From assembly GCA_965645245.1 (NCBI GenBank), contig OZ287069.1:2976001-3040000 (forward strand): a stretch of DNA of 64,000 bases. The letters run 5' to 3'. The notes under the pieces were generated by a model. It worked only from the letters and a program-made list of their open reading frames with translations. It was not told the DNA's origin and searched no databases. The stretch comes from Massalongia carnosa. Its lineage: Eukaryota. Positions 36,197-48,052 of the stretch are shown one piece after another. Made by a program: the position numbers and the translations under genes. Positions within the stretch are counted from its first letter, which is position 1; each line of letters starts with the position of its first letter.

Positions 36197-37102
36197 AAGG
36201 AAAGTTTGAATACAGGACAGGATAATTTAACAAATATACAAGGGTGATGGGGAGGGCCGATGTTATGAATGTAAAATGGTGATTGATATGGGGATGGGAA
36301 TGGAAATGGCAATTTGATTCATATACCTCTAATAATAAATTTTGTTGATAAAACTTCGGTCATCACCGTCTCTCCGTTCTGATAACGTATGCCATCAATA
36401 GGGTTGTTAAAAGCATTGTTTCACTTGTAGCGAAACGCATTACACATCCGTTCAGAGGCGAGTCTTTGAAACCGTCAGCTCTCGACGAGCACGAATAGTA
36501 GATCTTTTGTAAGTGGCGATAGGGAACACTCTTTTCAATAGTATGGTAGATAACTAAAAGCTACTATAGGAGGTGGATGGGACAATTAGGTCTCTGAACA
36601 TGATTCTGGACTTGAAAGATGCCTTTAACTTAAGAGATTGAATACGAAATCATTAAACCTACTACGATAACCTACCACCGGATTTGGAAGAAAAACGTCC
36701 CAGCGGTCCAATCCTCAGTTCTGAAACACCAAAAAAGGCTTAGCCTGTCTCAGATCAGAATTTTCTGTGGTGTATTCAGCAGGCTTTATGAATTTGTAAA
36801 TAATAGTGGGCCGGGCTACTGAAATGATTTCTATGACGTGATAGATGTTAGCTTGAGCTCAAGGGAGATCCTCAAGAGCAGAACGATGCTCACAGTGTTG
36901 CGGCGCGGTTAGCATTAAGGTTGCCCCGGGGAGTTCTGATAATCAAGGGTGTTGAGCGGTGAGGTTGTTAATTGGATGCTCTAGGAGGCCGACACACGGA
37001 GCCAAGCCTTTTATTTCATGAAATGTGATTCCAGATATATTATATTATCATTGATCTCATTGATTGGGACGCCGATTCTATCCCGTATGGAGATAAAAAC
37101 CC

Positions 37103-39562
37103 TTAGAGCGGTGGCAGGCTGTCTCGGCAAATTGGACATTGCAGTCTATATTTCATCCAGCTTTCCAAGCAATGACTGTGAAAGATGTGCCGGCATGGAG
37201 TGACCATGTAAGCCCTTTTACTAAAGATATGAGTCGCTGATGACGCCTTCCCATCTCCTTGAACACTCCCAGCACGGACAATAGGTACTTCAAGGCTCTG
37301 CATGCAGATGGCGCAATCAAAGAGTTGATTCCCCCTTCCTGTAGTCTCGTTGCTGACTGTAGACGGCATGGTCTTTGTCGTAGCATGGGTGAATCCAATA
37401 GGCATGCTTCCACCTTCTTCATCTTCTCGTAAAATCGGATGGTAATCGTAAGCTGGCAGAAGCCATCTATTCAGAACAAAAAATCTTGGCCCCAAAATCT
37501 CTTGGGCTATCAAAACCCAGTTTTGAATCCAAACCCAGCCCACAAGTAGACAGGCTGCAATCTGATCAGCTTCGACAAACAGTATATTATCTTTAACAAA
37601 GTAAAAGTAGACAAAAGGAGCCAGCCGAAGTAAACTTTGACCAATAACGTACTCCCATCGAAGAGCCTTCCGACAGTTTCTGATGAGGTTGCGGTATATC
37701 TGAGGCACCCAAAAGGAGAGGTATCCGAACGTTAGAGTTTTCGTGTAAACGGAGCGTAAATTTTTTGGCCATGACGTTGCGTGAAGGGACAAAAAGGACA
37801 TGGTTAGTAGGAAAAAGCAGAAACGGGAATATACGGTGGCCATTTCGCTCTGCGTGCTGCCCACAAAAGACTGGGTGACAGTTTCAACGTCTGCAGCTCC
37901 AAAATCTTGATCAGGAGGGAGAATGACGTTTGTAGATCCATCCTCTGCTATTCTACGAGCAGTCACATGGAGAGGAAGTGTATTAGCTCCAGCAGCCGTG
38001 ATTACACTCAATGCATTTGTAGCAGCTCGACGGTCTCTCTCCAACCTCTCCGGGGCTTGGGCAGTCCAAACGTCCATCAGAAATTTCATACCAAAAATAC
38101 CCACACAAAGAAAGGACAAAAAAGCCGCGGAAATCAATGGCAAAAACACCGCTTCCAAAAAAATACTAGCGACTATCAACCCAAGAAAAACGAACCCATC
38201 CCCAAAAGCCATCATTGCAACAGTGTAGAAACAGACCCGGCTCCTTGTGGAAGGTGTTGTTATATCCTTAAGTTGCCTCAGAAGAAGTAACATTTCTCCA
38301 CCTATCAACAACACAAGCGCAAAGATCTTGCATCTGGCATAGAGGAGAAATGATTCAAGCTTTGAGCCAACTAGATGCAAACCCTCATGTTCAGGAGGTC
38401 CCCTCGACTCTAGGATAAACCCACAGTCAGGAGAAAATATAAGAGCGGACATTTTCATAGCTGGAGCAACAGACACAGGCGCCCCAGAAGGAAACCGTAA
38501 TTCTTCTTCAATTGCCTTGAGCTCGGTATTGCTAAGTATCGTAGGATATTGCTGGAGATATACGATGTATTCACAATGTGGAGATGGGAAAAGCAGCTCT
38601 GCAGGATCGAGGGGTGAGGACGACCAGGAAATAAAATATGGACTATATAGAGTTGTCTTTTGCTTCGCAAGAACAGCACTTAGCGTCCGATTGAGCAACT
38701 TCTGAGCCGTTAAGAATCCTTGAATAGATAATGTAAATTGTGGTAATGCAAAAATCCCGGGAAACCTAAGGAATGGTCAGCACTTAATCCAATAGCTCGC
38801 ATGAGTGAATTACTTTTGACTAGTTGTTACAAGTATGATCTGACCTTGCTCTAAGTAATGGACACCATGGAGAGTCATTCCCCAACCGTCATTGCCTAAT
38901 ATTTCCTCCTTTATAATCATTTTTGCGCGTACCTCCCGAATCAGCTCAGAAGATGACTTTTCCGTCGAGCTATCGTTTTCAATGAGCTCGATTTGCATAT
39001 CGCCATGTTGACTGGTGATGTTGCGATTATATTTTTGGGTGACGTATCTGGCATCAGGGACAAGAGCAGTGAGATTTAGGACAGGAGACTTCAGGCCGTC
39101 CGTAATCTTTGATCGAACCCACTGGCCATGGACGACCCCCGTAACATTCTGATACAAGGAATCTCGTCTTACCCAGTCATTTTCTTCTATCGAGACGTTA
39201 AAGTTTCCCTGCGTCTCTACTATCTCATCTAGCCTATATGGTGATCTAGAGGGGCTATACATGTCTGTAAATAAGGGCCCATGTAGACTTTTCTGAAATT
39301 GTTCCTGCGTTCTTTGTTGAACTCGAGGTAATAAACCCCATGCAAAGCCATCTTCCTGGCGAAGACCTGTGATATTTATCCAGCGATTCCTGCCAGCATC
39401 AAGAGCTCCATAGCTTGTCCCATTGAGTAGGTTGATAACAGTTCGCTCTTCATTGAGCAAACGGCCAAGCTCTTGCTCTCGTGATGAAGATTCTTCCTTG
39501 TGAGGGAGGAAGAAGAAAAATATCAGGACAAAAACTACCAGAGAGACTTTAGAAATGTCCAT
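37103..39562 (-). CDS. TUL1: DSC complex transmembrane RING E3 ubiquitin ligase (Tul1/Dsc1/DscA), 2 exons
   Basis: N-terminal signal/TM, lumenal domain (YQNVTG, GIFALPHF, CEYIVYLQ, FSPDCG), multi-TM region (SFWVPQIYRN), C-terminal RING CAICM...MVTPCRHIFH..CL..WM..RLQCPICR. Confidence 0.93.
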
Positions 39563-39812
39563 CAATAGTTAAGGTTTACCTCTGTTCCATAGCGTGGAGT
39601 TAAGTTGATGCGGAGCCCATGACTAAAGAGGATTTTAAAATTGATGAATGCGTTGCTTAGCGCCAAAAAGTATGACGGCGCCTTCCGCGTGACCCCACTA
39701 TCTAGAGGTACGCGTTACATTTATGCCATAAGTTCTGCTACCTAATTAACATCTCCATTATCGCTTCTTTTATAATTATCGACGTAGAATCTAAATACTA
39801 TTAACTTCAAAT

Positions 39813-41911
39813 ATGTCTTGTATGACAAGATCAGCTCGAAAGAGGCAGACTCGATTAAACTTTTCTCTATTGCCCTCCTCGCCAGCTGCAAAAAGCTACC
39901 CAGAACAAATACGACAACGAGCAGCTGCCGTTGGACATGATGATTTCTCTAGCCCGACGAAAAAGAGATGCGTAGCAAGCTCACTTCAATCTGACACTGA
40001 GTTTATTTTCGGCGTTGGAAATACGTTACCGGCAGCAGATTCAAAAATTGATCCATACTCTTTACCAACACCTGCAGCCTCATCTCAGACTGAACCAAGG
40101 AGAAGTAAAGGCAGGCAAGGGGCTATTCTCTTGATAATAAAGTATCTGCTAACCTACCGCATATCCAGATCGCAAGGTCCTCTCATTAACTGCGGACTCA
40201 AGCTCACAGACAGAGACGGAAGATCATTTATCTATGAAGACCTTTGCCCGTGTTAGAAAAGACAGCATGAAAAACAATAAAGGAACATTTAGTCCTAGGG
40301 GAACAGTTATGGCATTAGCCAGTAATACTACACAAAAGCCTAGGAACAGCCCAACGGCAGTTTTGCTAAGTAGCGACGACGATTCCGATCCTGTGGTTCG
40401 ACAATCTTATCGGGCGAGTCGGTTTGAAGATAGTTCACGATTGCCAAAGCAACGGAGCCAAATGGAGACACAACCAAGGAGACACAACCAAGACGCAGAT
40501 ACGAGGAATGAGGGAACTGACGAGACAGACTCGGACATTATAGTCCCTTGGAGGAGGCGAAGGCTGGCCACCAAGAGAACCGAGCATCTGCCAACAGACT
40601 CCGAGTCCGATAGCCAGGCTGCTGACTTGAGAGATGACTTGAAAGCCCTTAGTGGGAGCCGTGAGTCTTTTGTTTCCTGGCTGCTTCGTTCGTCTTGAGT
40701 TTGCTACTTTCCAGAAGCTAATTGAAAAATCGCAGAAATCCGTGAACAACGCACTAGAGGTAGGCTAAGCACACCAAAAAGCGCAAAGAACAAACATCTT
40801 GAAACGCTCAGACGTCATCATGCACGAGAAAAGCCAGTCGAAGTCGCATCAGACACTGAGGTGGCGTCTCCTTCACCAAACTCTGCCCTATACGATACCA
40901 GTGATCAGATTCAAACAAGCGAGGATGAGGTTGATGATGAAGATGAAGAAGAAGAATCTGGAACAGAGGCCGTACGAAGATCGTTGCGTGCGGATGCCGA
41001 TGAGTACGAAGAGGATTTCGTTGACGACAATGAAGAAGAATTGCTGGGCGCTCCTCATGGTCTTGACGAAATTCCGCTTGAATTCACTCATCATGCTTTC
41101 AGGAAGCCAATAGAAAACTTCAGGTTTGCGGTTGAGTGGATGATTCATAACAAATTGAATCCAGCCTTTGCTAGAAATGATCAAATATATGAAATGGCAG
41201 TCCGTAAGCTTGACGATGAAGTTCAAGGGTTTGCAGGATCAAAATTCCTTTCATCAGTTTGGAACGGTGGATTTACCAAAGCGTTAAAAGGCAGACCAGA
41301 TCTGTCGGTAATCCAGTTGCCATCAACTCTCTTTCATAACTGCGACGCTTGCCAGCGGAGTGGACATCCTGCCAAGTATCAAGTTGTCTTCAGCGGTAAG
41401 CCATATAACCGTAAAACGCTTGAAGACCTTTCCAATAACGACGATGACGACGACTACGACGCAGAGATCGTGGAAGACGACAAAATAAGTAATGACGATC
41501 AGGATGACTCTCAGACCTTTTATCTTGGCAGGTAACCTTTCCACTTCTCTATAGCTTGTCATTTACTGATGATCAGTCAGAACATGCAATGCCAATGCAA
41601 GCACAGCTCATAGTTTACACCACTGGCGGATACATTTGAACTTTTACACTCTCAATTGGTTAAGAAACAAGGGGCACCTCAGCGCTGAGAAGATCATTGA
41701 GCGTGAGAGCTGGAACAACAAGAAACGCGAAAACTACTCGAATGCAGTTGTGGACGGAATGGATACTAGTGGAGAAATGAAAATCTTGTACAAAGAGTTC
41801 AAACAAAGCATTGAAGCGGCACGATCGGCTCGAGTACGTGGTGCTTGACGCATAGGTTCTGATATTTGCTAACAAATCTTAGCCCGAAAGATATTCATAC
41901 GGGAGACGATA
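39813..41911 (+). CDS. DUF4211 / CCDC82-like acidic protein (~5 exons)
   Basis: RQTRLNF N-terminus, acidic middle, EWMIHNKLNPAF, LDDEVQGFAGSKFLSSVW, CDACQRSGHPA, FYLGR/TC..NA..AH.L.HW. Introns with CTAAC/CTGAT branch sites. Confidence 0.8.
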
Positions 41912-42246
41912 GCTGGTTACAAAGATAGAATCGAAGCTTTTATTCTAAAATGGAGAGCTTTGCTGGAAATGTATGGAACGTATCTTGCCTATCTGGCCGG
42001 GAGCGATCCCATGATAGGCAACCCCTACAGCTTCCACTACGTGACAGTAGCATACATGAGTTATTGAAGGATGCAATATTAGCAGCGCAGATATATGGCT
42101 ACGAAATCCTCGTCAACATGTAACGGTGATCGTTCGTTAAGCGTTGTAGAGTAGAATGCTTCTAGAAAAAATTTCGGCCAAAAATTGGGACTAAAACTTT
42201 CTCTAACCATACGAAAATCCAGCCTCCACAAACATCAATTCAGAAA

Positions 42247-42928
42247 ATGGCAAAAACAGCTACCCCCAAGAAAGGCAGCAAACATACATGCTTTCCCTAC
42301 ATTTCTCCCTTTCTAACTAACCATTTCTCTCCAGTCCCCTCCGTCCATTCCCGCGCCTCAAAACATGCCCCCCTAAATCTCAACAAACTTCCCCTCCCCG
42401 CCTCAAAGCCCTCCATACTCTCCATACACCACGGCGCGGGCATTACAAAGCGAAAAGCAAAGGGCAAGCCGCCGAGCCGGCAGCAGCGTCTGAGGCAGGA
42501 GCGAGGAATGGAGCGGGCGGAGATAGTAAGAGACGTCCGGGCGCAGAAGATGGAAAGGAGTTTGGGGAGGGAGAAAGTCGGGAAGGAGAGAGGGGTCAGT
42601 TTTCTCTCTCCTATCTGTGTAACGAATACTTTTTGTCGAGAAGGGGAGTGGTGAATCGGACTAGGCAAAGAATCTGAACTAATGCATGCCATTTGGTTGC
42701 GGATAGGCGGCTTGGGAGGAGCTGAATTCAAAGATTGCAGGGTCAAAAAAGAGGAACGCTGAGGCTAGAGTTGACGAGGGAGAATGGGAGGATGAGGATC
42801 TGGAGGGGGGATTTGGAGAGAAGGTTATTGATAACGAGGGTGAGAGAGTGCTCTTGGCACGAGGGAAGGAGGATGTAGTTGGCAATGGGAAATCTAGATC
42901 TTTGGACGAGGCTATAGATAAAGCCTAA
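42247..42928 (+). CDS. ALB1: 60S ribosome biogenesis factor Alb1-like
   Basis: SVHSRA, LSIHHGAGITKRK..K..SRQQRLRQERGMERAE, and (after intron 42595-42706) WEELN. RRPE-like GAAAAAATTTC at 42165-42175. Confidence 0.7.
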
Positions 42929-43690
42929 AGAAAAGGCTTTTGATGGATGGATTGGATTTATCTAAAAGATGGTGATTCACGAGGCAGAAAAACTACACAT
43001 AAAACATTAGATGAACGAATTTTCGATCGAACAAAGTATGTTTTCAATCATTCAGGACATGTCCTCAGGAAGTTGAGATACAATACAAGATTGAGCCTTC
43101 CTACGTATACTTCCCCCATGGTTAATAACATCTAAGACGGAAGCAGTACGTGTGAAGTGCAGAATGAATGTGCTGAGAAGCACTATCGGCAAGCAACCTT
43201 TACGTTTTACGCAAATGTTTACAAAAGGTAGAAATGAACCGACATAACTCTTCTTTAAAACTTCGCACAAGGCAGAAGCATCAATGAAAAGATAGGCCTC
43301 GTAAGAGGATGCAAACAAAAATTGTGCCTGATGAGGGACCCGAAAGCCACTCAATGACTCCCGCCACCGCGTTGTGCAATGCAGAGCAGTGAATCATAGA
43401 AGACCGCCTTCTTGATCGCGGTCTCTCCGACAAGGTAAGTATGAAGAAGAAAAAGAAGGATTGGGAGTGTGGGCCACGAATATGTACCCAGAACTGATTT
43501 CCGGGTAGCTAGATGTGACATGTGCTAGCGGCCCAACGTTAGTCGTGGTTTTCCTACTTGCGTCCAGGGCATGAGCTGGGAATTTCTGCAATGTATGCGA
43601 CCGATCCTATCAGAACCTTACAACAATCTAATCTACCATTTAGTAGCTAAATTACGATTTTTCCTTCCCTCGACCTCCTAACACTCCACA

Positions 43691-45160
43691 ATGCCTCCCA
43701 AACGAATGACTGCAAATCGTCTCAAACCCGCCCGATACCGCCCAGGCAAACCCACAGCAGAAGAGCCATCGTCAGAAGAGGACGAAGATGATGGCTATGA
43801 TGAAGAAGATGAAAATGTCGAAGCTACTGCCCCCACAGCCCCGCCTCCCAAAGTCACATCTTTCCCGTCAGAAGCAACGAAAATCGCCAACAACCTCAAG
43901 CAAGTCGACCTCAACGAGAGAAGACGGCAGGCTGCGGCCACAGAAGCTGCACGAATGGAGGCGGAAAAGGCTGCAAGAGAAAAGGATGAGGAGGGATTTG
44001 TGACCGAGGAGAGCGAAGAGGAGGATAGCGATATGGAGGAGGAAAGTGGAAGTGAAAGCGAGAAGCCCAGCAGTGAGGACGAAGCTCCCAAGGTGCTTCT
44101 AAGGCCTACGTTTATTAAAAAAGACCTGCGGAAAGATGTAACTATGGCTGCTGGTTCAAAAGTAGAAGACGAAACGTGGGTGGAAGAGCAAGCGAGGTGG
44201 AAAGCAAACGCCGATAGGATGATCCAAGAGCAATTAGAGAGGAATGCCGCCGCGCAAGCAGCGGGGAAAAAAAACTGGGACGATGATGAAGAGGAGGGGG
44301 AACAAGTCGACGATACTGACGATTTAGATCCGGAAACGGAACAGGCAGCGTGGAAGTTGAGGGAGCTGAAGCGGGTGAAGAGGGAGCGGGAGGCCATCGA
44401 AGACGCGGAAAAAGAGAGAGAGGAAACCGAGCGACGAAGGAACCTTAGCAAGGAAGAGCGTGATGCCGAGGACCGGGAGTTCCTGAACAAGCAAAAGGAG
44501 GAGCGAGAGGGTAAAGGCAAAATGGGGTATATGCAGAAATATTTCCACAAAGGTGCCTTTTTTCAAGATGACGCCAAAGCAGAGGGTCTGGATCGCAGGG
44601 ATATCATGGGCAGTCGCTACCAAGACGACGTGACGAATCGGGAGTTGCTGCCGCAGTACATGCAGATCAGAGATATGACCCGGCTGGGGCGGAAGGGAAG
44701 GACCAAGTATAAAGATCTCAAAAGCGAGGATACCGGGAAATGGGCGGCGTTTGAGGGAAAGGAGTCCCGACGCGCGGATGGCTCGGTCGATGAACGCTTC
44801 ATGCCAGATAGGGAGGGAGGGGGCAAGGGAGCTTCGGGGGCGAATGCTACGATAATGAAAGAGTGGAGGGGGGCGCCGGAAGGGGCGCCGGGAGGGCCTT
44901 GGGCCCGTAATAGTAAGACAGAGCGAAGGAGGGAGACCGGAGGCGAAGACGAGTCATACAGATTAGGTTGCAACTCTCGGAAAAGGGATGATCGAAGGCG
45001 GCGCAGTCCCCGCAAGCAGTCATATTCTCGTTCCAGGTCAAGGTCGCCGTCGCATCGAAGAGATCGCTACAGAGATGATCGAAGTCGACGGAAGCGAAGC
45101 CCGTCTCCTAGGCGAGATCGCTATAGCAGTGAAAAGAGGCGGAGAGTGGATATGACCTAG
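43691..45160 (+). CDS. MFAP1: Spliceosomal B-complex protein MFAP1 (Spp381/Saf3 family)
   Basis: RYRPGK, LLRPTFIKK, VDDTDDLDPE.E..AWKLRELKRVKRERE, MQKYFHKGAFF, GRKGRTKYKDL, RS-rich tail. Confidence 0.93.
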   Translation: MPPKRMTANRLKPARYRPGKPTAEEPSSEEDEDDGYDEEDENVEATAPTAPPPKVTSFPSEATKIANNLKQVDLNERRRQAAATEAARMEAEKAAREKDEEGFVTEESEEEDSDMEEESGSESEKPSSEDEAPKVLLRPTFIKKDLRKDVTMAAGSKVEDETWVEEQARWKANADRMIQEQLERNAAAQAAGKKNWDDDEEEGEQVDDTDDLDPETEQAAWKLRELKRVKREREAIEDAEKEREETERRRNLSKEERDAEDREFLNKQKEEREGKGKMGYMQKYFHKGAFFQDDAKAEGLDRRDIMGSRYQDDVTNRELLPQYMQIRDMTRLGRKGRTKYKDLKSEDTGKWAAFEGKESRRADGSVDERFMPDREGGGKGASGANATIMKEWRGAPEGAPGGPWARNSKTERRRETGGEDESYRLGCNSRKRDDRRRRSPRKQSYSRSRSRSPSHRRDRYRDDRSRRKRSPSPRRDRYSSEKRRRVDMT

Positions 45161-45337
45161 CTAGCCCCTTGTATATCATATCTTAAAGGCTTCCGCAAAA
45201 TACAGCACACTAATGCCATGCAATGAAACCCCTCAAATCACCCTCATCATCCTTCCCCTATTATGGTTCCCCCATCTCCAACATACATAAATCCCTCCCT
45301 CCCACAACTACAATTCTCCACATCCTCGCCCACACAA

Positions 45338-46170
45338 TTATCGCTTTCCCTCCACCACCGCCTCCCTCTCCACCACCGCCTCCTCGAACCGAATTAAAAA
45401 AACCGTCTTGGCCGGCCACATCTCCGTCCCGGCATTGTGCGCGCTCACCTCAGCCGCCAGCCCGCACCCCGCACACACTCCCTCCACCACGCCCGCCACA
45501 AACGCCGCGCAATTCAGCTGGCTCATCTCGCGCGGCACGCTCACATGCGCGCTCACCAGCGGTTCGTGGTCGCTAAGCATGTACTCGCGAGCGTGCGCGC
45601 TGCTGCGCTCCAGCGCGTCCGCCGGCCGGTTGAACAGATGCCGCCAGAGCGGGCCGTGCAGAAACTGCAGCAGGGGCAGGATGCGCGTGGGACGCGGAGG
45701 TGGGGGCCGCGGGGGGTCGCGATACAGGAGGAGTGGGAGGAGACGGAGGCCGAGGGGGTAGCCTTGGGCGTTTAGGCTGGGTGGGTGAAGGGGGAAGGGA
45801 ATGGTTAGCTGATGGATAGGTTCTTCTATCGGGGTGGAAATTTGTGGGGGGGGGGGGCTATTTAATGATAATGGGACAGGAGAGGTGGGAAAGAAAAATG
45901 GGGGGGTAAGGAACACCGTTTCTCTAGATCTTGGATGCCGGTCACACGGTTCTGTGCGTAGATGACCATCTCGGCGAAAAGGTATGCGAAACTGGCACGA
46001 CTGAGTTCCGCCGTGCGGGTGCGATTGAGGTTGCGGTCATAGATGGTCTTGCGGTTGGAGGGGGTGCGGAGGCCTCCGCCTAACGGATGGTGGGGCCGTT
46101 GGGCAAGGGGAAGCGGTTGTTGTGAGGGAGGAGCATTGGGTTGCTGGGAGGGGGGTTGAGGGGTTGTCAT
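45338..46170 (-). CDS. TRS31: TRAPP complex subunit Trs31 (TRAPPC5), 2 exons
   Basis: IYDRNLNR, SFAYLFAEM, DLEKR/LNAQGYPLG, LW..LF...ADALE, SVPREMSQLNCAAFVAGVVEG, TVFLIRF. Confidence 0.93.
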
Positions 46171-46325
46171 GATCAGGCGAGGAGCTTTTAGAGGTGATGG
46201 AGAAAATTGTGGTGAAGGGGTATTTAGATCGCAACTTGACATAAATCTACACGTTTAGAGTCTATATGTAGCATAGATTTCGAGAAATCGGAAGCTTTTA
46301 GCTACACTTAAGAGATGACTTTATG

Positions 46326-48052
46326 CTATTTATGCCATTCAACGAAACCTTTCTGCCGTTCTCTTGAGTTCCAATTCAGCTTTTTGGAAATACTATTGAT
46401 CCACTCTTCCGATGCCGACTTGGATTGCATTACATTTGCAAAGGGAAACCGTGATGCAGAAATCGTAACATAGTCACCGGGATTCAATTCAACTCTATCC
46501 CGCATTAGTGCAAACCCGTAGTAATGCCTACGGAACAAATACCTCTCGCGGCCGTCGAAACTTGCCCAGGAGGACGTACGAGCGTCATATGGAACGCCTA
46601 CCCGCAAAACGATAGAATCCGGAAGTATAATAGGTCTGAAGGACAGAGTATGAGCGCAAATGGCCGTCAGGAGAATAACTGGGTTCTCCGGGTGACACAA
46701 CGATCCTCCAGCTGCTAGATTGTAAGCGGTCGAACCGGTAGGTGTGGCCACGCAGACACCATCCGCTTGAACACTAGTAAAGTGGTCGCCATCTCCAAAA
46801 ATTTCAATTGCAGACATGGCTAATCTCGTCAGCATAGCCACTTCATCGCACTAGGATATACGAACTCGGATTTGGGCCCCGATCGACAACAATGTCGTTG
46901 AGGATTTCATATCTCCTATCCGGCTTATGAGTAAAGTTATTCTCGGCCTCCACTCCCACCAATTCTTCGATCAAATCTTTCTGTCGCTCGCGATCCCTCT
47001 GCTGGGACCTCATCACCGTGCCTTCGAATCGTAGTCGTAAGCTCACGGTGATCCCATCTCGAAAGGCGGTTGTTAAAGTCTCTCGGAATCCGCTAAAATC
47101 GAATTTGGTGAGAAAGCCGAGAGAGCCCAACGCAAAGGAAAGAACTGGCGGCACAATTCGTTGAAATAGCCAGCTAGCATAAAGAAGGGTTCCATCGCCG
47201 CCCAGCTAGCTAGTGTCAGAATATGCATTGGCAGCGATGTCCTAAAACGTACAGTTACCGCAAAATCAAATGTTTGTGGATGCTTTGCACAAAGCTCATT
47301 AGTCCAGTATTTCAACCGCCCTTCACGAGATGGCTCCTGAGAAATGAGGCCACTTGCATCAAATATGCTGTTGCTCTCAAAAGTATTCTCAACATATCTA
47401 GCCACAGTTAATTACCGTTTGAACCAAAAATTTGGATACCAACACAATATATGGTGTATCTCTATCCTTTGACAAGAGCCAGTTCACAAGCTCTCTTGAA
47501 ATACTAACAATTGTCTCATCGTAGGCTTTGACTAGCAAAAAAATGGTCTTGACTGTCAACTTAAGTCGGATACTTCCCAGTTTTTTGGAGAATTCTCGCA
47601 TCCCTATTGCCATATCCGCCAGTTGCTGCTTGGTGAGGAGTCTCGAGTGAGTTTCCGGTTCATGGCTGGAGGTCCCCTTGCCCTGCTCTTGATTCTCGCA
47701 GATATCATTTAAGTGCAAAGATTTGGCTTTCCGAGACCTTCGCTGATTTTCAAGTAGCTGATGTACAAAGCATGATGCTGTCGGATATTTGTCTGGATGA
47801 TGTTCACTAGCTACCAACGAGGACCTGCGGCGATGGGCCTTCTCATGACTGAACTCGACCTACATAGACGCCTCAGCTCTGGCATCGGGGAGATGCAGCG
47901 CGCAGAATCAGAGACCTCGAGAGGATGCTGGCATTCGGACTCGCTTGCGCTAGACTCGGCAGGAAGCTTCAGTCCACCATTCAGCTAAGAATGACGTGTA
48001 TCAAAGATAGTTTAGCTTGAATCACCTCATCCATTCGGTCTTTGCCTTCCAT
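46326..48052 (-). CDS. ATP-NAD kinase (Utr1/Yef1-like), multi-exon; start approximate
   Basis: LGGDGTLLY, PPVLSFALGSLGFLT, LNDIVVDRGP, ADG..VATPTGSTAYNLAAGGS, SFRPIILP, W..SI..KLNWN.R..QK. Confidence 0.92.

Noticed and set aside
40105..40168. Apparent GC-AG intron in the DUF4211 gene (AAG|GCAGGC at 40111)
   Set aside because: A canonical GTAAAG donor at 40105 has the same phase and explains the junction.
43795..45015. Long antisense ORFs (251 aa, 132 aa) over MFAP1, and similar ones over RRB1, TUL1 and the transglutaminase-like gene
   Set aside because: Shadow ORFs of codon-biased real genes, giving Ser/Phe-rich translations with no protein-like motifs.
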